Below are positions 48,391-64,000 of a stretch of 64,000 nucleotides of DNA, one piece after another (the first letter of the stretch is position 1; each line of letters begins with the position of its first letter). Under the pieces are notes generated by a model that worked only from the letters and a program-made list of their open reading frames with translations, did no database searches and was not told the origin of the DNA. The DNA is taken from NCBI RefSeq assembly GCF_009914755.1, contig NC_060925.1; one strand, written 5' to 3'. The position numbers were made by a program, and so were the translations under genes. Source of the stretch: the human T2T-CHM13v2.0 reference genome, Homo sapiens.

Positions 48391-49552
48391 ACAAATTGAG
48401 AGACGGCAAACTTATCCAGATAAGTCTTAATTACTGACACATTCATGCTGGACTATTTTTTATTCCAAATCAGTTTCTTTTTCCTCAATAGTGGACTTGG
48501 GACCATTTGTCCTATTTGTCTCAATTCTCAATTTTTGTTTGCTTGTGTGTAAATAACATAATATAATCCAAGTGTCCCTATTGCATCAAATTTACCTTGG
48601 CATTCTCAGATACAAATGTTCATTCAAAGAAAATAAATAAGAAAGGCTGGGTTGATTAAATTTCTTTTTGGCTCATTGACTGATTTTCTTTGGTCCTAGC
48701 CTGATTTCTTTAGGCTTTGGGCAACATGATGAGGAACAATATACCTGCAGACTTACAAGGAAGCTCAGGAACTCCATCAGGCGGTAGGATTTAGGAAGCT
48801 GGACTTGAACCAAAGGAAGGCTATTAGAGAAGGATGAGTATCTTGGGGGGTTATCAAAAATGTTGTGATAAAAGTTTTGAACTCTAAGGAAACCTGAATT
48901 CTTAACCTGCCTTTTCTAGCTACATGATCTTGGCCAAGTCACTTAACTTCTGTGAACCTTAGTTTCCTAAATTAGAGTCATCAATTCCTGTCGTGCTCTT
49001 CTCCCCCATGGGTAAACATGTTTTAGTGTATTAGACGTTAGATAAATAGAAAGGATTGTGATTTCTATCCTGCATAGCTGGAGACACATACTAGAAAGCA
49101 TGCACCTGCTCAGGTTATTGTCTAAAGTGGCTGTGTGGCTGCTGTTGCCAGAATTAATGCTTGTCTTCTTATATGTAGCAGAGTTTGCTCTTCTTTTACA
49201 CTTGGATGCCTTATTTAATTAGTGGCTATGTTTTTTTCTCCTATGTTTTACTTACACGAACTTTAAGAAATGTGTATGATGGGAAAGGAGGAACATAAGA
49301 GACAGACAAGATTACATTAGCCAAACTATTTTTAAATGGTTCTCTGGAAGCCTAGTATGAACATGGTCCATGTGTGTCTGTGTCTACGCACACTGTGTGT
49401 GCCAATTCCCCATTCTCAGCCTTCTGAGGTTCGTGAGGTCATGCTTACCTATTTCTTCTTTCAGGGAATGAAAGTTGGCAGAAATAGAGGGAATCCATCC
49501 ATTAAATATTTGTAACCAATATTTATGATTTTGGTTAAATATTTTTTTAAAC

Positions 49553-50255
49553 TTCACACTCATTAGGATGGCTATTATACTAAAAATCAAACAACCCAGA
49601 AAATAACAAATACTAGTAAAGATGTGGAGAAATTGGAACCCTTGCACATTGCTAGAAAGAATGTGAAATGGTGCAGGTGCTGTGAAAACCAGTATGGAGT
49701 TTCTCAAAAAATTAAACATAGACTTACCGTATAATCCAGCAATTCTACTCTGGGTATAACACAAAATAAATGAAAACAGGAACTCAAATAGATATTTGTA
49801 TTTCTGTGTTCATAGGAGCATTGTTTACAGTAGCCAACAGGTGGAAGCAACTCAAGTGTTCATTGACAAATGAGTGGATAAACAAAATGTGGGCTATATA
49901 GACACTGGATATTATTTAGCCTTAGAAAGGTATGAAACTCTGACATGTGCTGTAACATGAGTGAACCTTAAAGATGTCATGCTAAGTAAAGTCAGTCCCT
50001 AAAGGACAAATATTTATTATTTCACTTAAATGAAGTACCTAGAGTAGTCAAATAATGAAGACAGAAAGTGGAACTATGGTTGCCAGGGGTTGTGGGGAGG
50101 AGGGAATGGGGAGTTAGTGGCTACAGTTTCATTTGGGAAAAAGTTCTGGAGATGGATAGTGATATTTGAACAACTATGTGAATGTACTTAATGCCATAGA
50201 ACTATATGCTTTAAAATAGTTAAAATGGCAAATTTTATTATATGTATATTTTAAC
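49553..50255 (+). mobile_element. 5'-truncated L1MB-like element
   Basis: 'cttcacactcattaggatggctattat...gatgtggagaaattggaaccc...aaatagttaaaatggcaaattttattatatgtatattttaac'. Confidence 0.88.
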
Positions 50256-50275
50256 ACACACACACAAAATGTTTA

Positions 50276-50638
<363 letters not shown>

Positions 50639-51248
50639 TTAACCAAAGGCAACTCTGTTTTCTGCTTTTCCTTAACACAACTTATCTCATTTTTTCAGAG
50701 CTTTTAATTAGAATTCATAATACTTGCCTGTTGAGAAATGCTTCTTCCCTTTGAATACTTAGGAATTTTTCTTTCAACCACTGGAAAACAAATCCCAGAC
50801 TAAATTCTGGGCCCTAATTTAATTCTAATCCACTTTCAGTTATCCCCCTAACAATGTCTACATAATTTATACTTCTGCATGAACTTATTACAAGGCCACT
50901 TCTTTCTATAGTGTATGTACATTCAGGTTTATGCACTGATAGAAGTAGCATGTTACACTTGAAAAAAATAGACATTCTAAATTTCTGTCTCAAATGTTTC
51001 CCTTGTTTGCAATATCATTTTAGTCATTTTTTTGCTCATATTTGCGCATATGCATTGGTATATTCAGTCAAACGTCTATTGATTATCTACTATATGCCAG
51101 CTACTGTGCTAGATTCTGGTGGAGAAGACATCAACAAATAAATAAAAATGGTATAATAAGGGCTGCCATAGAGGTATGGACAGATTTTGCTATAGTGCAA
51201 TAAAATCCACCAGGAAAGGCCTTGCCAAGTGTTTGAAGTTTGCATTGA

Positions 51249-52034
<786 letters not shown>

Positions 52035-52079
52035 TAAGATGAGGCTGCAGGGGAGAAATCATGGAAAGCTTTGGACTTA

Positions 52080-52830
52080 TCCATTCATTCATTAATAAAC
52101 ATTAATTAGGTACCTGCTATGTTCCAAGTACTAGAAGTTGGGACTTCAAAGATGAGTAAACCACAGGTGCTAGAGTATAGTAAAAGGCAGTAACAGAGCT
52201 GTGTACAAAGTGTAAGGAAACTCAAAGGGGGCACTTCTATCCCAAATGAATAGAGTGGATGGAAAGAAAATCTGCAAAGGATTATTCGTGATGACCCCTG
52301 AACTTTGTCTTCAAAGGGGAATAAGCACTAATCAGTCAATGGATGATGAAGTGGAAGGACAGAGTTTTTGTCACAAGCAAAAGCCTTGAGGCAAGAAACC
52401 ATAGGGTGCTTGCACAGAATTAGAAGTGGTTTGGTGTTGGTGGATTTAAGTACTAGGCGAAGAATGAGACTGATATGACGGACACAGTCTTTTGTGCCAT
52501 TTTAAAGAGTGTAGACTTTATCCTGAAGAAGACAAGGCACCACTGATGGGCTTTAAGCTGCAGGGAACCTGCTAGATCCCTCTGATGCATGGGAAAGGTG
52601 GATTCAAGAGAGTCAAGGCAGGAAGTGAGTGAGAACAGACTTGCCAAGCCAAAGAAGATGAAGGCCCGAATGAGGGCTGTGGCAGTAGGAATAGAGGGGA
52701 GGCAACTCATCTTTAAAATATTTAAGAGGTAAAATATTTGTAGGACTTGATGATTGATCAGGACGGGAGAATTGAGGGAAAGGAATCAAGAGGAAGGCCA
52801 GGCTAAGGCAAGTCACTTTTTCTGGGCTTC
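52080..52830 (-). mobile_element. L2 fragment
   Basis: 'ccattcattcattaataaacattaattaggtacctgctatgttccaagtact' antisense L2 3' end. Confidence 0.75.
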
Positions 52831-55800
52831 TGGTTCTTTGTGTTTAAATGAGTGGGCTGGACCAGGATTGACGCACACATCCCTCCCAGTTCTGAAGTCC
52901 TGTGATTCTGGGCAGCCTTTCTCTGGGCGCAGAGAAAGGAAGCTCTATGATACATGGGTGTTCTCACCACAGCTTAGATAGTTGCTTAAAAGAGACTCAT
53001 AGTTTCTCAGCTTCTCTGACAGCTTCTCAGGATGGGAGGTGGCAGGCAGAGCTGAGATGGCTTTAGAACTGCCAGCCAATGCAGGGAAATCTAGTGCGGT
53101 TACCAGGTAGCCGGAGTTATAATTAGCCTCGTTGCTAGGGCAAGGCTGAGATTCTGTAAGCATGGACTGCCAGCAACAGCTTTTCCCTGCTGGGTGAATT
53201 TACTTGTTTGAAAGAACAAAGTGGGTATGGATGGGGTGTTTTTAAATGTGTTTTAGATAATTTAAATTTTGCCCTAGGTATAGGATATGTTTAAAGCAGA
53301 AAACAGGTTTGTGTTGGGGCTGATCAACATCTTGCCTGGGGCAGAAGGAGTGAGGAAAAATTCCACTCTGTTATATGTTTGGATAGCTGGAAAGAGACTT
53401 ACTTTCACCTGAAGGAAGATAAGTAAGAACATAAAATCATTATTCAGAGGTAGAGAGGATCTTGAAGATAATCTACATAATCCTTTCACTTTTTAAGAAA
53501 ACCATTTATTTAAAAATAATTTTAGACTTATAGCAAAGTTATAAAAATAGTACAGAGTGTTCCCGTATGCCATTCACTCAGCTTCCTCTAAAGAATAAAC
53601 CCTTCATTTTAAAGATAAGATGACTAAAGCTCAGAATAGTAATTTGCCTAACGTCACACGGTAAATTAGTAGCCAAGCTGAGACTAGAATCCAGGAGCCC
53701 TAACTACCTGTTCAGGCTGCTTACAATGACCTCTGGGACCTTCAACAAAAATTCAAGAAATGTAAGTGCTTGTCAGAACTTAGTTTTTCTTTCTTTTTGC
53801 ATTACTGGGCTAAAATAGAACTCACACAGCAGGAGCTAGAGTAATTCACAGAGAGATGAATCTGCACTCTGCGCCTACTGCCAAAAGAAAAGGTTTAGTT
53901 CCTCAGCCTCCTCAGGAGTTTCATCCATATGTTTTCAAAAGTCACCGTGAACATATTTTTCTCTTTTGCCTTGCTCCCTGCTCTGGCTTTTGCCATCTCA
54001 TCTGATCAAGTTCAACTGCACAGAGAGAGGAGGCTCTATGATACATGGAGTAGGCACAGAGCGGGGCTGGTGCAAACTGGAAAGGGGCCCGCCCTATCAT
54101 GTTCAATAGCAGCTAATCCACCCACACACCGACAGCAGTGATCCGACTTGGTACATGCCGTTCTGTGGAGAGCTAAGTAATAGTCATGTGGCTTTTTGCC
54201 AAGCAACTTTAGAAGTGACATTGGGCCACAGTGGGCAGTTACTATCCCTGTTATTTAGAAACTTGGCTTGATGAAGTGGGGAGTGAATGCAAGGCACAAG
54301 CTGCATTGTAATGCCAGCTTTTCATATCCCAGCCTCATGTAAGCCCTGCTGCTGCAAAGGGCTACAAGCCACCTCTTCATGCACACAGGGCTTTAGAAAG
54401 CCCACCCAGAGGCTTGGGAAGAGGAAGCCCTTCTTTAAGGTGCCTGGATGAGCGGCAGGGAGGCTGCCAGCATGATGGCTATGATCTGGAGCTGCAGAAA
54501 GAGGGTCTAGGCACTGGTCAAGGGCCTGAAGTCAGCCAGTTCTTTCAGGTCACTTTTTCTTGGTAAGTCTCAGATCTTCTCCCTGAGACCACACAGGTAG
54601 CTTCCTCTCTCAGAGTTACTCCGTCAGACCTCACACTCCAGATTCTCATCAGTCAAGTTCAGTATCTGCCCAACACAAAAGTAAATCTAGTCTTGCCCAC
54701 TGTGAACTCCGAAAATTTGAGACAGGTCTCAGTAAATTTAGAAAGTTTATTTTGCCAAGGTTGAGGACACGTGCCCCTGGCATAGCCTCAGGAAGTCTTT
54801 ATGACATGTGACCAAGGTGTTTGGGGCACAGCTTGGTTTTGTACATTCTAGGGAGACATGAGACATCAATCAATGTATGTAAGAAGTACATTGGTTCGGT
54901 CTGGAAAGGCGGGACAACTTGAAGCAAAGGCAGGAAAACTTGCAGTGGGGGAGGCGGCTTCTAGGTCACAGAAGAGAGACAAAAGGTTGCATTCTTTTGA
55001 GTTTCTAATTAGCCTTTCCAAAGGAGGCAATCAGATATGCATTTATCTCAGTGAGCAGAGAGATAACTTTGAATAGAATGGGAGGCAGGTTTGCCCTAAA
55101 CAGTTTCCAGCTTGAGTTTTCCTTTTATTTTTTGTATTTTCATTTCCATAGGTTATTGGGGAACAGATGGTGTTTGGTTACATGAGTAATTTCTTTAGTG
55201 GTGATTTGTGAGATTTTGGTGCACCCATCACCCAAGCAGTATATACTGCACCCTATTTGTGATCTTTTATCCCTCACCCACTTCCCCCCCTTTCCCCTTG
55301 AGTCCCCAAAGTCCACTGTGTCATTCTTATGCCTTTGTATCCTTATAGCTTAGCTCCCACTTATGAGTGAGAACATACAATGTTTGGTTTTCCTTTCCTG
55401 CCTTACTTCACTTAGAATGATAGTCTCCAATCTCATCCAGATCATTGTGAATGCGTTAATTTATTCCTTTTATTGGCTGAGTAGTATTCTATCATATATA
55501 TATATATATATATATATATCCATCATATATATATATATGTGTGTGTATATACACACCACAGTTTCTTTATCCACTCATTGATTGGTGGGCACTTGGGTTG
55601 GTTCCACGTTTTTGCAGTTGTGAACTGTGCTGCTATACATATGCGTGTTCAAGTATCTTTTTTGTATAATGACTTCTTTTCCTCTAGGTAGATACCCTGT
55701 AGTGGGATTGCTGGATCAAATGGTAGTTCTACTTTTAGTTTTTTAAGGAATCTCCACATTGTTTTCCATAGTGGCTGTACTAGTTTACATTCCCACAAGC

Positions 55801-57903
55801 AGTGTAGAAGTGTTCCCTGTTCACTGCATCCACATCCATATCTACTATTTTTTTATTTTTTTGATTATGGCCATTCTTGCAGGAGTAAGGTGGTATCACA
55901 TTGTGGTTTTGATTTGCATTTCCCTGATTATTAGCGATGTTGAGCCTTTTTTCATATGTTTGTTGGCCATCTGTATATCTTCTTTTGAGAACTGTCTATT
56001 CATATCCTTAGCCCACTTTATGATGGGATTGTTTGTTTTTTTCTTGCTGATTTGTTTGAGTTTGTTGTAGATTCTGGATGTTAGTCCTTTGTCAGATGTA
56101 CAGACTGTGAAGATTTTCTCCCACTCTGTGGGTTGTCTGTTTACTCTGCTGACTGTTCCTTTTGCCGTGCAAAAGCTCTTTAGTTTAATTAAGTCCCAGC
56201 TGTTTGTCTTTGTTTTTATTGCATTTGCTTTTGGATTCTTGGTCGTGAAATCCTTGCCTAAGCCAATGTCTATAAGGGTTTTTTCGATGATACCTTCTAG
56301 AATTTTTATAGTTTCAGAACTTAGATTTAAATCCTTAATCCATCTTGAGCTGATTTCTGTGTAAGGTGAGAGATGAGGATCCAGTTTAGTTCTCTTACGT
56401 GTGGCTAGCCAATTATCCCAGCACCATTTGTTGAAAAGGGTGTCCTTTCCCCACTTTATGTTTTTGTTTGCTTTGTCGAAGATCAGTTGGCTGTAAGTAT
56501 TTGAGTTTATTTATGGGTTATCTATTCTGTTCCATTGGTCTCTGTGCCTATTTTTATGCCAGTATCATGCTGTTTTGGTGACTATGGCCTTATAGTATAG
56601 TTTGAAATCAGGTAATGTGATGCCTATAGATTTATTCTTTTTGCTTAGTCTTGCTTTGGCTATGCGGGCTCCTTTTTGGTTCCATATGAGTTTTAGAATT
56701 GTTTTTTCTAATTCTGTAAAGAATGATGGCGGTATTTTGATGGGAATTGTGTTAAATTTGTAGATTGCTTTTGGCAGTATGGTCATTTTCACAATATTGA
56801 TTCTACCCATCCATGAGCATGGGATGTGTTTCCATTCATTTGTGTCGTCTATGATTTCCTTCAGCAGTGTTTTGTAGTTTTCCTTGTAGAGGTCTTTCAC
56901 CTCCTTGGTTAGGTATATTCCTAAGTATTTTATTTTATTTTATTTTTTGCAGCTGTTGTAAAAGGGGTTGAGTTCTTGATTTGATTCTCAGCTTGGTCGC
57001 TGTTGGTGTATAGAAGAGCTACTGATTCGCATGCATTAATTTTGTATCCAGAAATTTTGCTGAATTGTTTTATCAGTTCTAGGAGCTTTCTGGAGGACTC
57101 TAGGATTTTCTAAGTAAACAATAATATCATCAGCAAATAGTGACAGTTTGACTTCCTCTATAACAATTTGGATCCCCTTTATTTCTTTCTCTTGTCTTGC
57201 TCTGGCTAGGACTTCCAGAACTATGTTGAAGAGGAGTGGTGTGAGTGGGCATCCTTGTCTTGTTTCAGTTCTCAGAGGAAATGCTTTTAACTTTTCCCCC
57301 AGTCATTATTACGTTGGCTGTGGGTTTGTCATAGATGGCTTTTATTACATTGAGATATGTCCCTTGTATGCTGATTTTGCTGAGAGTTTTAATCATAAGG
57401 GGATGCTGGATTTTGTCAAATGCTTTTTCTGCATCTATTGAGATGATCATGGTGATTTTTGTTTTTAATTTTGTTTATGTGGTGTACCACATTTATTGAC
57501 TTGCGTATGTTAAACCTCCCTGCATCCCTGGTATGAAACCCACTTGATCATGGTGGATTATATTTTTGATATGTTGTTGGATTCGGTTAGCTAGTATTTT
57601 GTTAAGGATTTTAGTATCGATGTTCATCAAGGATATTGGTCTGCAGTTTTCTTTTTTGGTTATGTCCTTTTCTGGTTTTGGTATTAGGGTGATGCTGGCT
57701 TCGTAGAATGATTTAGGGAGGGTTCCCTCTTTCTCAATCCTATGAAATAGTGTCAATAGGATTGGTACCAATTCTTTGAATGCCTGGTTACATTCTGCTG
57801 TGAATCCATCCGGTCCTGGACTTTTTTTGTTAGTAATGTTTAAATTAGCATTTCAATCTTGTTGCTTGTTATTGGTCTGTTCAGAGTATCTAATTCTTCC
57901 TGA

Positions 57904-58679
<776 letters not shown>

Positions 58680-59533
58680 AGCTTTATTTATCTTTTCAAA
58701 GAACCAGGTTTTCATTTCATTTATCTTTTGTATTTTTTGTTTGTTTGTTTCAGTTTCATTTAGTTCTGCTCTGATCTTGGTTATTTCCTTTCTTCTGCTG
58801 GTTTGGGTTTGGTTTGTTCTTGTTTCTCTAGTTCCTTGAAGTGTGACCTTTGATTGTCTGTTTGTGCTCTTTTAGACTTTTTGATGTAGGTGTTTAGGAA
58901 TATGAACTTTCCTTTTAGCACTGACTTTGCTGTATTCCAGAAGTTTTGATAGGTTGTATCACTATTTTTGTTCAATTTGAAGATTTTTTTAATTTCCATC
59001 TCGATTTCATGATCATTCAGGAGCAGGTTAATTTCCATGTATTTGCATGGTTTTGAAAGCTCCTTTTGGAGTTGATTTCCAGTTTTATTCCACTGTGGTC
59101 TGAGAGAGTGCTTGATAAAATTTCAATTTTCTTAAATTTATTGCGGCTTGTTTTGTGGCCTACCATGTGGTCTATCTTGGAGAAAGTTCCATGCACTGTT
59201 GAATAGAATGTATATTCTGCAGTTGTTGGATGGAATGTTCTGTATATATGTGTTAAGTCCATGTGTTCCAGGGTATAGTTTAAATCCATTGTTTCTTTGT
59301 TGACTTTCTGTCTCATTGGCCTGTCTAGTGCTGTCAGTGACATATTGAAGTCCCCCACTATTATTGTGTTACTGTCTATCTCATTTCTTAGGTCTATTAG
59401 TGATGGTTTTATAAATTTGGGAGCTCCAGTGTTAGGTGCATATATGTTTAGGATTGTGATATTTTCCTGTTGGACAAGGCCTTTTATCATTATATAATGC
59501 CGCTCTTTGTCTTTTTTAACTGCAATTTCTTTA

Positions 59534-59920
<387 letters not shown>

Positions 59921-62539
59921 TTAAGTTTATGTGAGTCCTTATGTGTCAGATAAGTCTCTTATGTGTTAGGTGAGTCTCTTAAAGGCAGCAGATAGTTGGT
60001 CGGTTAATTCTTATCCATTCTGCAATTCTGTATCTTTTAAGTGGCGCATTTCGGCCATTTACATTCAATGTTAGTATTGGGATGTGAGGTACCATTCCGT
60101 TCATTGTGCTTTTTGTTGCCTGTATACCTTGGTTTTTTGGGTTTTGTTTTTGTTTTTTTGAATTGTATTTTTGTTTTATAGGTCCTGTGAGATTTATATT
60201 TTAAAGAGGTTCTGTTTTGATGTGTTTCCAGGTTTTGTTTCAAGATTTGAAGCTTCTTTTAGCAATTCTTGTAGCGCTGGCATGGTAGTGGCAAATTCTC
60301 TCAGCATTTGTTTGTCTGAAAAATACTGTATCTTCTCTTCGTATACGAAGCTTAGTTTCACTGGATACAAAATTCTCGGCTAATAATTGTTTTGTTTTAG
60401 GATGCTGAAGATAGGGGCCCAATCCCTTCTGGCTTGTAGGATTCCTGCTGAGAAATCTGCTGTTAATCTGACAGGTTTTCCTTCATAGGTTACTGGGTTC
60501 TTTTGTCTCACAGCTCTTAAGATTCTTTCTTTTGTCTTAACTTTAGATAACCTGATGACAATGTGCCTAGGTGACGATCTCTTTGCAATAAATTTCCCAG
60601 GTGTTCTTTGTGCTTCTTGTATTTGTTTAGGTCTCTAGCAAGGTTGGGGAAATTTTCCTCAATTATTCCCCCAAATATGTTTTTCAAACTTTTAGATTTC
60701 TCTTCTTCCTCAGCAATGCCAATTATTCTTAGGTTTGGTCATTTAACATAATCCCAGAGTTTTTGGAGGCTTTGTTCATATTTTCTTATTTGTTTTTCTT
60801 TGTCTTGGTTGGATTGGGTCAAATTGAAGACTTTGTGTTCGAGCTCTGAATTTCTTTCTTCTACTTGTTTGATTCTATGGCTGAGACTTTCCAGACCATT
60901 TTGCATTTCTATAAGTAAATACTAACACAGTATTTGGTGTGTCTCCTGGGTCCTGCAGGAGCCATCTGCTTCCTTCAGGGGGCCTGTGGGTCCTCTCAGG
61001 TTTTGTAATTTATTCCTCCAGTCGTTCTGGAGCAAAAATTCATGATATGAGCCTCCACATGCTTCTCTGTCCATCCGAGTCGGAGCTGCAATCTAGTCCT
61101 GACTTCCATCCACCATGATCCTGAGTTTTCCTTTTAGCTTAGTGATTTTGGGAGCCCAAGATATTTTCCTTTCCCACCCACCTAGCACAGTTGTATTGAT
61201 GACAACAGGGTTGTCAACTCTCTACTTCAAAAATCAGGAAGTGCTGGGTCCAGAGCTGGATTCCCAGAGTCTTCCTGTAGCAGAAATCAAATGAAGGCGG
61301 TGAACTTCTGGGACTCAGAGGAGCAGATCCCTTAGAGGTGGGGAGCAGTATTGTTCTAAGGCTTGTTCTTTCCAACCCCTTCTAGTCTGTGGGATTGTGG
61401 GGAAGCTCAGCTTGCTGACAAAACCATTTGGAGCCTCAGAAGACTAGGAGGCAGGTTAGTAATAACCAGTCCCTGCCATCTTCTGTGAAGCTGGGGTGAG
61501 AGCAGACAGGTTCCTTCAGCTGTGTGGAAGCTTGGTTCTGTAGGGAGCACATAAAAGGGCTGGAGAGAATTGCTGCAGTTAGAGGATGGTGATGTCAATT
61601 AGGAATGGAATTCCACCTGACGCTTTCTGAGTTGGCCTTCAACTGCTAGCTTCCAAATTTCTACCTCCCGTCTCCTTCCTCCTGTTTTCTCTACTGCTGC
61701 AAGGGGACAGGGTCTTAACCAGTGCCTAACGTTCTTGATATAAGGTGCAGGAAAATAAATGGTTATAAGGAAAGCAGCCTGAGGACTCCTTCCCTATAAT
61801 TTGCAGCTACTTTATCTGCAGAAGAGGTTTCTAGACCCAGGTCTTGTCCCATCTTCTGGTATTAAATTCTTCCTACTCTTAGGCCCTTTCTGTCCTTCTT
61901 TGCCCCATATCCTCCCCCCACTTTTCCCAAATTCACTCATGCACATGGCAAGTAAACGCTAAATACTTCCCATTTAAATGCTATAGAGGAAGAAATCTGT
62001 TTTGTGTTTACTGTGTGCCAGGCACCATGTTATGCATTTTACACATATTTAATTTCAACCATATAATAGTCCTATGAAGTGGGTGTCTTGTTCCCATTTT
62101 TCACAGGATGAAATTTGCCATCAATAGGCTCAGGGAGAGTACCTGGTATCCCAGCAGCCGTGTGGCCTCATTCTACAGTTAAGCAAGGCTTTGGTACATT
62201 CTTTAGAATTTAGTTAGTAACTCTTTCAAATGCAAATGATGTTTTCCAGTGAATAACTACATTGTGTTATTCACTGGAGAGAAAGAAAGGACTCTAGTAA
62301 AATGATATTTACTTTCGTAGTGACTTTTGCCAAGATTGTGGCAGGAAGGGGTGGCATTGTCTCATTGAGGTACCTGCAGTACAAGGTGGCATTGACCTCA
62401 TTTTTACTCTTAAAACAGGTGCAACTTGCTGTGTGCAATGTGCCTGGGCTGTCCTTATCTGTATAGGTTGCCCTGTTAGGCTTGTGCTGAGTCTGGTTTG
62501 GAACTCCAGAATTCAGAGGAAATAGGAAATTCGTTAAAC

Positions 62540-62720
62540 CAAACTAAAAAGGTTAGAAAATGAGGCTTATGTGAAAAGGGCAATGGAATTGGGATTTTTA
62601 CTTTGGGGGAAAACAGACTTACAGGTGACCTAATAATGCCTTTTAGGTACTGAAGTCTCAATATGTGACAAGTGGTAATTAGTTATTCTCTGTCTCTGCC
62701 GAAGATAAGAATAGGTCAAT
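62540..62720 (+). mobile_element. L3/CR1-like fragment
   Basis: 'ggaattgggatttttactttgggggaaaacagacttacaggtgacctaataatgccttttaggtactgaag' resembles recalled L3 consensus. Confidence 0.45.
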
Positions 62721-63208
62721 CCTAGTTTAAACTAAACATTAGTCTTCATTCATTTAAAAATATGTACTAAGCCCCTACTGTGTTCTAGATTCTATTGGAG
62801 GTGACTGGAGTATATATCAATATATTCATGTATAAGTCTTTGTTTTATTTCTTTCGGGTAAATACCCAGTAGTGGAACTGTTAGGTCATATAATAAGCAC
62901 ATACAGGCATTCCCATCCTCATAGAACTTATAGTCTGTCATGAGTAGACAGAAAATAAACAATAAATATTATAAATAAAGTATGTAGAATGTTGGAAAGT
63001 GAAAGTCCTCTTGGGACAGGGGAAGGAGAGCATTTAAATGCTTCCCATTTATTTCTGATCAGCTCTTGATAGAAAAAAAATTGCTCCCTATTTAAATCCT
63101 ATGGAAGAAGAAATCCATTTAGTGTTTACTATAAGCCAGGCACCATGTTATGCATTTTACACATATTTAATCTCAATCAAGTAATAGTCCTACGAAGTGG
63201 GGGTCTTG

Positions 63209-64000
63209 CCCCACTTCAAAAATGAGCAAAGGTGTGGTGGCTCAAATCTGAAACTCCAGCACTTTGGGAGGCAGTGGTGGAAGGATTGCTAGAGCCTAGG
63301 AGGTCAAGGCTGCAGTGAGCTGTGTTTGCATCACTGAACTCCAGTGATCAGACTGCACTCCTGGGCAACAGATCGAGACCTTGTCCCAACTAAAAAATGG
63401 GCAAAGGACATGAACGGAAGACATACATGGGGCCAACAAATATTTGAAAAAATTCTCATGCTCAATATCACTGATCATTAGAGAAATGCAAGTCAAAACC
63501 ACAATGAGACACCATTGCACACCAGTCAGAATGCCTACTGTGAAAAACAAAAAATAAGGTGTTGGCAAGGTTGTAGAGAAAAGTGCTTATACGCTGTTGG
63601 TGAGAATGTAAATTAGTTCAGTCACTGCGGAAAGCAGTTTGGTGATTTCTCAAAGAATTTAAAAGAGAACTACCATTTGACCCAGCAATCCCATTACTGG
63701 ATATATACCCAAAGGAAAATAAATTGTTCTACCAAAAAGACACATGCACTTACATGTTCACTGCAGCACTATCCACAATAGCAAAGGCATGGAATCAACC
63801 TAGATACACATCAACAGTAGACTGGGGAGGAAAAATACGGTACATATAAAGCACGGAATACTATGCATCCATTAAAAGAATGAAATCATGTCTTCTGCAG
63901 CAAAAGAGATGCAGCTGGAGGCCATTATCCTAAGCTAATTAACACAGGCACAGAAAACCAAATACTGCATGTTCTCACTTATAAGTGAGAGCAAAACTTT
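63209..64000 (+). mobile_element. 5'-truncated L1 (PB/MA-type) ORF2 3' region with an Alu monomer (FLAM/AluJ, about 63231-63390) near its 5' end; runs off the window
   Basis: 'aaaaatgggcaaaggacatgaac...ccatttgacccagcaatcccattactggatatatacccaaagg'; Alu monomer flanked by AAAAATG(A/G)GCAAAGG. Confidence 0.88.

Noticed and set aside
59930-59980. About 20-bp tandem duplication inside L1
   Set aside because: Neutral micro-duplication in a dead element

Overview
Human genomic DNA (an AluYb8 copy is present), mostly intronic, from the 5' part of PDE4DIP (myomegalin) or one of its near-identical chromosome 1 duplicate copies (PDE4DIP pseudogenes / NBPF 5' regions); the gene reads on the + strand. 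Three coding exons are supported: 16026-16081 (56 nt), 21247-21398 (152 nt) and 42560-42670 (111 nt). They splice in frame to ...RDYFAEDDGEMVPRTSHTAAFLSD...QALRDFEK|HLNDLKKENFSLKLRIYFLEERMQQKYEASREDIYKR, the CM1 gamma-tubulin-binding region. The third exon also serves as an alternative first exon with its own ATG (42530, MSNGYRTLSQ), in a CpG-rich leader carrying several uORFs. Most of the rest is interspersed repeats (about 25 Alus, L1, L2, MIR, L3, MLT1, MER4A, MER58A, MER44-like) and simple repeats; many of the longer ORFs in the track are repeat artefacts. The most notable observations are a triple 14-aa repeat just upstream of CM1, two Alus sharing one TSD and joined by a TTTT-terminated spacer, a four-level transposon nest, and a 119-bp local duplication abutting an L1 5' end. 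Repeat family names and isoform matches come from recalled consensus sequences, not from a search. I found no evidence for a wholly new multi-gene system.
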